Positions 33,001 through 38,362 of a DNA stretch of 64,000 nucleotides are shown here, in pieces. The notes under the pieces were generated by a model, which was not told where the DNA came from, did not search any database, and saw only the letters and a program-made list of their open reading frames with translations. Source of the DNA: Schmidtea polychroa (lineage: Eukaryota); assembly GCA_044892525.1 (NCBI GenBank), contig CM097885.1:150660001-150724000 (forward strand), given 5' to 3'. The number at the start of each line of letters is the position of its first letter. The first letter of the stretch is position 1. The position numbers were made by a program, and so were the translations under genes.

Positions 33001-35480
33001 TTTTCGTTTCTTTCTAGTTTCATTATCTTTTGTATGAAGCGTCGGTATGGTATGATGTCAATGAATTCCTGGTTTCTTACCACCACTGGAAGTATTTCCT
33101 TTACTTGTTTTATCGCTTCTTCTCTTTCTTTTCTCAATTTCATTTCGATATTCTCGTCTTCGCTTTCGCTTGTCACGTCGCTTTCTCTTTCATCTTCATC
33201 TGCTCCGATCTTTTCTCTTAGTTGGTCGATATTTTCATTTAACTGTAACATTTCTCCACCAAGGCTACTCACATAATCCTCATCGTCATCTGTTGACAAC
33301 ACCTTCTTTGTTGTCCTCATCATATTAATTCGTAAATTTCTCATTCTTGGTACTTTCTTTAACTTGTTGTTCTCGAGTATCGTTAGCTCCTCTGAGTCTA
33401 ATTCTCGTATCATATTATGCTTTAGATGATTAATCTGTTTTTCATTTTCGTTATTTTCTGCTTCTGCTTCTGTTTTTGTTTGCTCATTTTCTCTTTCGAT
33501 TTTATCTTTTATCTTTTTCCAAAATATTTTCTGAATTCTCTGATTTCCTTTTAGTGGTGTTGTTGAATTTTCCTTTTTTGCTGCTGTAATTGTTTCTTTC
33601 GGTTTCTCTGGTTCGCTCATAGGTACAACTCTTGGATTTTTACCGTAATTGTAACAATATTGCTCCTTTATCTCCTTTACCATCCTCATCATATTTATTC
33701 GTAGTGGTTGTTCTTGTCGCTGCTGAATTCGCTCTCTTTTTATCCTTTCTTCTTCAGCTTGTAGTCTTTGCCATTCTTGTGCATGTTGTTGCACTTCATA
33801 ATTGTTAAGATTCTCGGTGCTTCTCATCATGCGTATATTCTGGGTTGGTTGTGGTACTTGCTCTTGTCTCGGTCTCATCATTTGTTGCATCATCTGCTTC
33901 ATTTGTGAAATTTCTTGCATCACATTCATTTGCTTTCCCTCACTAGGATTACTTTGTCGTTGCGGATTTGGTGCATAGTTATTATTTCGCTGTGGTGGTC
34001 GTTGCTGTTGGCTCCTTTCTCGACAGTCTCTTGAGATATGACCTAGTTGCCCGCAGTTAAAACATCCTCTTGATTGGCATATATTTTCCGTGTGTCCTCG
34101 TCGTCCACACCTATTGCAATTTGCGTTTCGGTAACAATCTCTATCCCAATGTCCTGGTTTACCGCATGTTCGGCATTGTTTGTTATCGTTCATATTTCGT
34201 CGATTATTAAAGTTGTTCCCATTGTTCGAGTTGTTGCGTTCACTGTTATTCCCGTTTGATCGTCCTTGTGGTGGTTTGAAAATTTGATGTGCTCCTGGTA
34301 TAAACTGATTCATCTTGGGTTCATGATTATTGTTATCCCCATTTTCCGTTTTCACCGTGGCTGTTGCGATTCTTCCCTCCTCTTGCATGACGTTCATTTG
34401 TGCTGGGAGGTGTAGTTCGCATCTTGTGGCCCAATCTATGGCTTCTTCTAGTGTTTTACACATTTGACATCCCACCGAGGCCCTTACCTCTTCTCGGCGT
34501 AGTCCTTCTATGAAGTAACCAATTAAATTTTCCTCCGGCAAGTTTCCGTTCATGGCCTTCTTTGCCAATCTTCGCAATTCACTTGCGTATAACGTAATTG
34601 ACTCGTTTGCTCTTTGTTTTCTACTTGCCAGTTCACCTAACGCTTGATTTATTGGTTTGCTGGCTCCGAATGTTTTTCTCAAAAATGTTTTGATGTTTTC
34701 CCAATTGTCTAATTTCGTATTTCTTTCTTTTGCTTCCAGATACACTTCGAGTGCGCTATCGCACAAAAACAGAGGCATTCGTTTACTAATTGCTTCGGAT
34801 GTCCATCCACACACATCGATATAGACTTCAAAATTTGTTATGAACGTTGCCAACTTGTTCGCATTCCCGTTGAACGGTTCGCCTCTAAATTTTTCTTTAT
34901 ATTCGTCGGGTTTTGCTACATTCATCTTGATTGGTTCTTGAAATGCTATTATTTCTTTTAAATTTTCTAGTGATGTAGCTAAACTATGGACGGATAATTC
35001 TTCCGTTGACCCGGTTAGGTTGTTTGTTATATCGGATAGACTTTCTCTACTTCTAGATCGACTGGGCGTATGTCCGGCTGTGGGGTTTTCTTGATCGTAT
35101 ATCGGTGTTTTGTGGGGTCTTTTTGCTCCTTGTGATATTCCTCTCTGCTGCCTAAATGATCGTCCTCTTTTGAGTTGATCTAATTCGTCTCCTGAAAATA
35201 ATACGTCTCCTGGCTTACTTGAAGATCTAAGGTTGGGTTTATCCGTGATTTTCCTTTTACTCTTTTCTGTCTTTTCACGTGGATTTTCTACAGTTAGCGT
35301 CTGCTGAATTGGTCGAGTTCGGTTTTGATATTGTCTTCCTTTGTGCGGGTTCTGAATTGCTTTTCCTGGGTTGTTTGTATATTCTCTGGATTCCTCTTGA
35401 GCTGGTTCTGAATTGACTTGGTTGGATGGATGTCTACAATGAAAATATGATATCGTGTTGCCTTTGCTTACACGAATCAA
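21045..35480 (-). CDS. Single-ORF giant polyprotein: Gag, Ubl x3, Bcl-2-like, chuvirus-like glycoprotein, PR, RT, RH, INT, ankyrin, signal/TM module (4,811 codons)
   Basis: No internal stop over 14,436 bp. First in-frame ATG at 34925 (Met186). Motifs: three CX2CX4HX4C, DTG, YIDD, TDAS, HHCC and D-D-E, ankyrin TPLH repeats. Confidence 0.96.
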   Translation of the reverse strand: MIRVSKGNTISYFHCRHPSNQVNSEPAQEESREYTNNPGKAIQNPHKGRQYQNRTRPIQQTLTVENPREKTEKSKRKITDKPNLRSSSKPGDVLFSGDELDQLKRGRSFRQQRGISQGAKRPHKTPIYDQENPTAGHTPSRSRSRESLSDITNNLTGSTEELSVHSLATSLENLKEIIAFQEPIKMNVAKPDEYKEKFRGEPFNGNANKLATFITNFEVYIDVCGWTSEAISKRMPLFLCDSALEVYLEAKERNTKLDNWENIKTFLRKTFGASKPINQALGELASRKQRANESITLYASELRRLAKKAMNGNLPEENLIGYFIEGLRREEVRASVGCQMCKTLEEAIDWATRCELHLPAQMNVMQEEGRIATATVKTENGDNNNHEPKMNQFIPGAHQIFKPPQGRSNGNNSERNNSNNGNNFNNRRNMNDNKQCRTCGKPGHWDRDCYRNANCNRCGRRGHTENICQSRGCFNCGQLGHISRDCRERSQQQRPPQRNNNYAPNPQRQSNPSEGKQMNVMQEISQMKQMMQQMMRPRQEQVPQPTQNIRMMRSTENLNNYEVQQHAQEWQRLQAEEERIKRERIQQRQEQPLRINMMRMVKEIKEQYCYNYGKNPRVVPMSEPEKPKETITAAKKENSTTPLKGNQRIQKIFWKKIKDKIERENEQTKTEAEAENNENEKQINHLKHNMIRELDSEELTILENNKLKKVPRMRNLRINMMRTTKKVLSTDDDEDYVSSLGGEMLQLNENIDQLREKIGADEDERESDVTSESEDENIEMKLRKEREEAIKQVKEILPVVVRNQEFIDIIPYRRFIQKIMKLERNEKDLIPNEEKVIIKKYMEKMKQAETTRYVIKIGTSKGLERIWIKNAVTDDLFDWIREHLGSSRKKEYLYQHQGEQIKPDMHLIDALIWPGETQILKLYKEKQPANIHEWAKDAKAEYDFSIKLKLEQIKQCTLRRNLDKLIKQIQEQVEDNWDLLIARRTPDMHELMSRLRDTELLRMSDWRTINLIHKYGRLKETQPQKLEITIWLPNEEKRRIKMSNQSTVDDLVTKINQEITEKVRSESSDGMIDDVVMMYDKIILRAEDDTSLSEMGMWDNHQIIRILPMDEFRTRDITYQKEIRDRMKTLYQKSVEIIEIHQQWLKEKELQGKIKKLSVRSCRRTPWERTWNAENKEWKIRKGIFVETDISEIESESEEEEDEPPKYEEDEIESTSDDGSETDVTSESETETRHIHAMRKKEREYADMDSEEAMEAREREEKERYKQLGDILATGTKNQKRQVIALANIILKTSENIHNLREMAKAIEEYRQYNEWYPEQLEQIIRKWRNQEWAQDTQERYRIRVKYPDKSIEDTEVHPTTKIRELKKKLAYETPFHLQLFGKSLDDNADVGITPMRLGEINVLTMAETLGKPIKRKNKSSKPTKGSLSTPSPNKVASKTNETEEIEEIILEDSDEGAGERSPILVRWPTGAEIWTTSQPSTSYQQPNKLSIEEIIDNTTETETDEQFQRQKGPTKATPEGQTDKIIDEWNEWLRNNDSSLPRTDNERNPNYENTREAGTMMEKRAKGRPKKQGEKPEFKTREQLKQEQGQVRLEKLDKIVWDLKEAQPTIERGEKWIRELVKDMLIITNPQLRRLWQRKVASVDARQLWNTISGIIPKLIKEKTKTTKTDWEETRRVIEQLTLNANDDEHHLVVLTYLMYNLMGLAARKIPNKQFANHVEMTVTIIENTIEPHIIRAGGWKRLIQAPRKNEQERSMQIRLKKLLHELEWELPLKDPASRKASINSLMMTMMIWMLCTSGAAGFTIYDCDNSIIGERYSLRDIEECRQASPNKLDIVKKKVSYHVYQESDFIRTQARECVVSKKVLAYYCGQYSYSTLILPGLDKEIVPIQREDCKELFRTGAMRIRDGVTIHGQSGMIKTESIYVAGRVKSTDGSCNGGTYTIRGEVISGVVVIESYTVELKEYEAQFDANNYQMKTNPACRATENVCRTGISTIIYEANTQKCRLQLLKSALFNEVKGEIYENEDDDEENGNVRMRNGKPVPPSPKEKRLTTQKTPTALITDDPDIGMRFIREKETTKCDSIVYRTNYAGIYMSRQVIDRAVGKVATEDVKLYLYANNKMDFLFHRGQTTMQKVYYDLIQNDCSLNKEILKTKLAIAITHPDNTMPSLPLPDGHFGRMVGEVMYTYACTKTFARLPRKPTIPPGKCANELEISYKGRNRFVQPVTRIMNPIGFYPNTFNCSNAYGPLYEKPDGKWIMLPVKTEVQEPKKFGLIELATEQDFKPIDVSKAGMYSPEDLETARLNVLFPARRESILSNMVTITGGTNFQSGPNYELLLSPDHFQQATSNMMKAMWGRFLVFGQMMAGILGIILIIQIVRVILTQMLACFDIYKREKKVNWKLIVGFLPFLAKTMVLHGHSKDIHRIKRLIKILTKIKGTDEEVGRRFRKTMYDEATRTQLKKNKPKFLDRFRNRSNSSDSDDDDNGNDKYPYPSRNPNEKPIETAPYWEKEKTNTWIANGSYIPPDIVGQQTALTMTQNMYPQLPSQPGMNYMPTRRTKSVDQADDVRTIAVMSSPGGAAVTVMIQINGKETSAMIDTGANVSAIAINQIPSKCWKDIEQTTIHIIACSKETVDVVGRWWTTLRYQDNEIETYLAVIPKLSEPCIIGTDLMPELFKEVVIDLTTMCLKDKMGRICKMNAIIRCPEKIIVPAKSQMICQIKVDAGMEGEVIFEPSKSFEKRRELPLAREIITINEDGEIPINITNFEEEDKIIYENERLGRLTPMIDIELPKITNETTKADELWIIDSTLLTEKEKERLQQLLIEYKDIFAISDLDLGACDVTLHAIPLIDETPIALRPYKLAEKQKEIAEAEVQKMLDAQVIEPSCSPWQFPVVMVKKKDGTQRFCIDYRKLNAVTKRDTYPLPDINEMLLMLQGAAYFTSLDLKSGYWQIKVKEEDKEKTAFTLGRDLYQFRKMPFGLTNAPASFQRCMNFVTHGIKQCMVYIDDLLIYSATFEQHLEDIRNVFVRLRQWKLKLKPSKCDWAKEKVTFLGHIVSAKGKEPDPRNLEKIKTCPAPKTVTQVQEFLGLCGYYRKFIKNYAGIAKPIQELVKKDIPFIWGAEQQKAFETLRDKLIEAPILVHPDFKKPFLLATDASGYAAGAILGQLDEEGKERVIGYYSRTFKKHEKNYSVTEREALAIIQAIKHFRYLLWGHEICITTDHQPLVWLGQHKEASSRLMRWAMQLQEYSPFIKFKAGRANANADCMSRFIFPDLVDHEMQRICLMVAEDLDFCQLRKDQQEDTELKQIIEYVKTGKAEVYEKDQKLKEHMDKHRHRYIIEKDWLLIMDGEKRLMCIPENRRKDLLTQYHDGRLGGHMSSKKTLARMKQKYFWPTLTEDVTEWVKNCITCATRKNTGTKWKAPLKPMPVPAEPMTMISMDVVGPLPESDRGNIYILVITDYLTKFPEAFAMADQKARTIAKILVEEICCRYGTPKQILTDQGTNFMSEIMSEVTNYFKIAKLRTSPYHPQTNGMTERFNGTLIQMLSNYVDRHQRDWDEYIKLCLMAYRMSIHASTKMSPFKLMYGRECNMPMDLEYQPPISQYMEIDDYVTKFKERMQEIWETAGLNIKFYQESYKELHDRKKNVKQHTFQTGDWVMIETPELIPGTTKKLQRNGKGPYEILFVGETNVRVRLVNNPFTRPIYVNVARCKPIPKTATSQPEGRTLTTRSQTYRINMLQQINEPTGNRLGLQPSEAEKIIKEVKVKMPGWAEDRLDFEILGGLLTMIENYANRERTHPLLRVVKSQWPILFTITDHYGDTPLHKLLKVGSNEQILETIEAFRDCNISTDQENNQGYTPLMIAANRDKAKDIIIALLETGSKITTQDHNQKNALHHAIEGKSTEAFIILVDLISYEDNREIGNMYDGLFTAIKEKLTTITGILIAWRNPIKNDYMVDINETFTKGENTLMREAMRGHHLFEIPNQLLQRGIKFSNHKDEQLIRKRITNFEKAISQFTDKVQVKFWDTVSVLHMMETMNNIRENYLSIIQVLTAEERINSSNKKKIKMKKVKTRKSEEQVEQPITDIATTSKPKTINSDQEIVVRKAKEVFFEEMQDLSDEAILAKITKTVHTYARDQTTNLDIGKIKTFIPLAFTLPTKDSRTPLQQAILAAKENRAITIIRILRDFGEESNAKNEQGETAMMYAAITNIHPKTLHILHQSGSRLDEISNEGNSTMDWATIQPNLEMIRFICKNATRTEVENICKNTSQFQWNTIRMNLEAMKLLLTWRIPQSNKYAININEFYENGENAMVKNTLTKGGTPKIIMIVLNREDLKFTQNLNEQKRIGKHRRIQLRELVKEWNRKRHVATGRKEFELEAKLARNRVLTAYRRLLNDINVEDDILNDSGGDKDDKDDKDDDNNEKGRNGNKEKEKLEENNQENNDASREKEENNPRNRMKQEEKTNSGKQRVCLLFTNKEMETNMMIMILVLTMVEMITAQGGMRTIKEAKETGNKDNKEEELKQEKKKQVQEQQWDLKEEWDLKERCILGRCMSRAYQRLVLKNEDAEPITEVRIQEAYRNREGKRITKVKGKEVHLGKGGEVVITQLQPRKEHKVCIARLRPGEDCLQYVIQQQPPKEYTICIWRKDTARECRRYPGKRGKKRKIDDEKDEQGKRKKNSEKHQDNYVSEEEMEKIQKMAKEGMNEEIARIRGMMKGNGKDGNLKSTETISTITSKEKAEIISIKQMMWISGIIITGAFLIITGGTIKIIKDRRHHGELEMARIRNFQHRVKRPSNIKQEQWVEAWNAQRPPSSRI
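22730..24065 (-). other. Two ankyrin-repeat blocks (~23720-24065 and ~22730-23015) after integrase
   Basis: DHYGDTPLHKLL, NNQGYTPLMIAA, DHNQKNALHHAI; DSRTPLQQAI, NEQGETAMMYAA, NEGNSTMDWA. Confidence 0.88.
24400..25440 (-). other. Integrase (HHCC, DDE, GPY motif)
   Basis: HDGRLGGH...CITC, DVVGPLP, TDQGTNF, NGMTERFN, GKGPYEI. Confidence 0.96.
25690..26940 (-). other. pol: Reverse transcriptase and RNase H (Ty3/gypsy type)
   Basis: FCIDYRKLNAVTKRDTYPLP, LDLKSGYWQI, MPFGLTNAPASFQR, VYIDDLLI (YIDD at 26463-26474). RNase H LATDASGYAAGAIL, YSVTEREALAII, TDHQPL. Confidence 0.97.
27400..27770 (-). other. Aspartic protease domain
   Basis: AMIDTGANVSAI (DTG at 27684-27692) and the downstream CIIGTDLM flap-side motif. 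Confidence 0.93.
28230..30135 (-). other. Env-like chuvirus-type (class III) glycoprotein: internal signal peptide, Cys-rich ectodomain, TM
   Basis: Signal LMMTMMIWMLCTSGAAG then FTIYDC. Conserved pattern YCGQYSYS, GSCNGGTY, YANNKMDFL, GHFGRMVGEVMYTYAC, CANELEISYKGRNRFVQPVTRI, GMYSPEDL...FP. TM WGRFLVFGQMMAGILGIILIIQIVRVIL. Confidence 0.82.
30240..30720 (-). other. Divergent Bcl-2-like helical domain
   Basis: VIEQL...(hydrophobic helix)...IEPHIIRAGGWKRL matches Bcl-2 VVEEL...LHTWIQDNGGWDAF, spanning 64 vs 63 residues from the first V to GGW. The BH1 NWGR motif is absent. Confidence 0.6.
31261..32927 (-). other. Three ubiquitin-like (beta-grasp) domains (~32705-32927, ~32158-32408, ~31261-31463)
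   Basis: The third, RYRIRVKYPDKSIEDTEVHPTTKIRELKKKL...LQLFGKSLDD, aligns by eye to ubiquitin [30 protein letters not shown]...LIFAGKQLED. The second has STVDDL...YDKIIL...DDTSLSEMG. The first is weaker. Confidence 0.7.
34023..34925 (-). other. gag: Gag domain (capsid plus three CCHC zinc knuckles at 34134-34175, 34077-34118, 34023-34064)
   Basis: EPFNGNANKLATFITNFE...YASELRRLAKKA...YFIEGL capsid pattern. Knuckles CRTCGKPGHWDRDC, CNRCGRRGHTENIC, CFNCGQLGHISRDC. Confidence 0.93.
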
Positions 35481-36145
35481 TCATTCCTTTTTGCCACATT
35501 CAAGCACAGACACCGTTTTAGGGCCTCTGTTATACTTCTCTTCATTTCCCCTCATACGCTTCTTCGCGGAATATAATTTCCCATCAACCCATATTTTTCG
35601 TCGATTTTAAATTATCTATTTGGGGTGGTAACAATTATCTATATAGTCGTATAAATTATCTATAGCTAGCATTTATAATATCGATAGGTCGTTGTCAGTT
35701 ACTGCTTATTACCCCCCATATTTTCTTAATCCTTTTACGCGGTTCCGCTATTTTACTTAATCTTTCATCTCTGTTTCCCCTTATTTGGTTCTACTCTGTA
35801 ACCAAAACAAAATTCGTTTAACCGGTTTAAACCAAAAAAATTCTGTAGAACTTTGTCTACTTATCTGGGATCCCTTTTAATTAATTAATCACCTTCCTCT
35901 TTTACTCATCACTTATTCTTTATTTTCATTATCTCTTTAATTCATTTTCCTTTTCCGTTTCTCTTTCCCACTGAAAAAAAATTTTCATTATTACTTCCCA
36001 CGAGCTCGTTTAATTCTTTCTAAATTCAAATACCATATTTCAAACTCACTTTGCTTCTAGCTAGCTTTAATATTCCATCTCACTAGTAATTTAAATGTTA
36101 TCAACTTGTAGCTTGAATGCTATCTCACTATTACTTTAGGCCTTT

Positions 36146-36820
36146 ACGACTGGCTGGCACTTTTCAACAGCTCAATCTTCTTCTCCTGACCGGTTGGACT
36201 ATTCAACAACTCGATCTTACGACTGGCTGGCACTATTCAACAGCTCAATCTTCTTCATCTCCGAACTGGCTGGACTTTTCACAGCTCAGTTTTAATTTTC
36301 CCTGCCCGGCTGGACTTTTCAACAGCTCGGCCTTAATATCTCCGACTGGCTGGACTTTTCACAGCTCAGTTTTAATTTTTCCTGACCGGCTGGACTTTTC
36401 AACAGCTCGGCCTTAATATCTCCGACTGGCTGGACTTTTCACAGCTCAGTTTTAATTTTTCCTGACCGGCTGGACTTTTCAACAGCTCGGCCTTAATATC
36501 TCCGACTGGCTGGACTTTTCACAGCTCAGTTTTAATTTTTCCTGACCGGCTGGACTTTTCAACAGCTCGGCCTTAATATCTCCGACTGGCTGGACTTTTC
36601 ACAGCTCAGTTTTAATTTTTCCTGACCGGCTGGACTTTTCAACAGCTCGGCCTTAATATCTCCGACTGGCTGGACTTTTCACAGCTCAGTTTTAATTTTT
36701 CCTGACCGGCTGGACTTTTCAACAGCTCGGCCTTAATATCTCCGACTGGCTGGACTTTTCACAGCTCAGTTTTAATTTTTCCTGACCGGCTGGACTTTTC
36801 AACAGCTCGGCCTTAATATC
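36146..36820. repeat. Tandem array, 80-bp unit made of two diverged 40-mers, in the element's 5' leader
   Basis: TCCGACTGGCTGGACTTTTCACAGCTCAGTTTTAATTTTT + CCTGACCGGCTGGACTTTTCAACAGCTCGGCCTTAATATC, repeated exactly 6 times at 36341-36820. Progressively degenerate copies back to ~36146. Confidence 0.95.
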
Positions 36821-37405
36821 TCTAAACTCTGCATGCTTCCGTTCCTTTTTGTCTTTATTCTATACTGTCATCTTCCTATTTTTACTTTTATTTGTCGACT
36901 TAATCTGTACCGCTTTGGAAGGTTTCCCCTTTCCCCCCTTGCTTAAAACGCAAAACGATCGCATTGATCCATTTCTGCATTGGTATGGTGATCAGCCATA
37001 CCGCAGAAACTTTTCAATATTCGCGATGGTACCTCGCCTTACATCTCTTACTCGGGGTGATCGGTTATCCCCTCCCGAACGGTTTTTCAATTATCGTACC
37101 TCCCGAAGGTGGCTCGGTTTATTCCCCCTTTAATCTTATGTTGGGACTAGCTCCACTTTATGTACTCGATTTAAATTTTAAAATACCCTTTCTTCATGGT
37201 GAAAATTATGATACCACAGATCAAATTATAGCTTCGCAAAATGAAATAAACACACAAAAATGATTTATTGATTATTCAGTCCATGCTACATATGATATAT
37301 GATACCATTATTAAAATATTAATGAATCAAATCAAAAAAAAATTAAAATATTTTAGTTTAATTGTTCAACCATCCAATTTCTCTCACCGAGCGACGATCA
37401 CGTAC

Positions 37406-37885
37406 CTAACTGAAGTAGATTGTGTGCTTCTCTTTTATTACACATGTGCACATAGAACACCGGATTAAACTGGCGGCGCATTCGTCACAATGGCTAAGGT
37501 GCCCACAAGGTAGAATCAGAATTTTGACAGGTCGCATCTTGCAAATGTTACAAGTTCTCAAGGCCGCTGCTTTCTCTACTATTGATGTTCGTATCCGCTG
37601 AGACAGAGTTTTGACTCGTTCGCGTATCCTCACATATTCGATGTTCAGCGCTGGGTCGTCGAGACGTTGCTGAAACCATTGGTAATGAATCGACAAGTCG
37701 GTATCGGTATTTGTTGATCCTAATCTGTCGGTTAGAAAGTTTTGTTTGGATATCAGCGGTGCGTTGTGGCTTTGTTGTTCTAGCAGTTCTATTTGTTTCA
37801 GTTTTTCCCTTAATGTTTTTATTGAATCATTTTCTATTTCGACGAACCGGCTTAGCTGTTGTAGATGTTGTCTAGCGTCTGACAT
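37406..37885 (-). CDS. RING-finger protein, IAP/MDM2-type C-terminal RING, no BIR domain (159 aa)
   Basis: CNICKMRPVKILILPCGHLSHCDECAASLIRCSMC...KHTIYFS*. The RING ends at the extreme C-terminus with an aromatic tail, as in IAPs. Coiled-coil N-terminus. Confidence 0.85.
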   Translation of the reverse strand: MSDARQHLQQLSRFVEIENDSIKTLREKLKQIELLEQQSHNAPLISKQNFLTDRLGSTNTDTDLSIHYQWFQQRLDDPALNIEYVRIRERVKTLSQRIRTSIVEKAAALRTCNICKMRPVKILILPCGHLSHCDECAASLIRCSMCTCVIKEKHTIYFS

Positions 37886-38337
37886 ATCTAAATGAATGTG
37901 TTGTTATTATTTGTTCTTACTAGTATTAGCAATAATATTATTACGTTGTATTTAATATTCGTTTCTCTTTTATTTGTTATTGTTTCTAGCTTTCGTATTT
38001 TATTTAGTCTTTTTAACAATCCCCGTCGTATTTTTGACTTTAATCTTTTAATTTTATTGTCATTACTTTCTTTTGTCTCCCCTTTTTAATTTAATAAATT
38101 AAAATTAAACAAAGTAACTAATTCCCGTTTCCTTCTCTCATCATACTCTATCATATACATTCATACTCATTTAGGTTCATCTTTATTCATACATGCTCTA
38201 TTTTCAGTTCGTATCATCATTCTATTGTATTACGATATCGATTCGTTTCAGTCCCGATTCCATTTTTAATCATAATTAATTAAATTGTTAATCTAACACA
38301 TCATAACACAATAATAGGTAATCAACAAATCGAATTC

Positions 38338-38355
38338 ATCCCGGCTGAGCCCCCA
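38338..38355 (-). other. Primer-binding site, tRNA-Pro type
   Basis: Minus strand reads TGGGGGCTCAGCCGGGAT (18 nt), close to the known tRNA-Pro PBS TGGGGGCTCGTCCGGGAT. It lies 7 nt inside the 5' LTR end. Confidence 0.85.
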
Positions 38356-38362
38356 AAAATCA

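Noticed and set aside
21184-34259. Dozens of plus-strand hydrophobic ORFs (60-140 aa) overlapping the polyprotein
   Set aside because: They are antisense shadows of an A-rich coding strand (F/L/S/I-rich), with no motifs.
36146-36820. Regular repeat array resembling a CRISPR locus
   Set aside because: Units are contiguous and identical with no unique spacers, there are no cas genes, and the context is eukaryotic. It is a tandem repeat.
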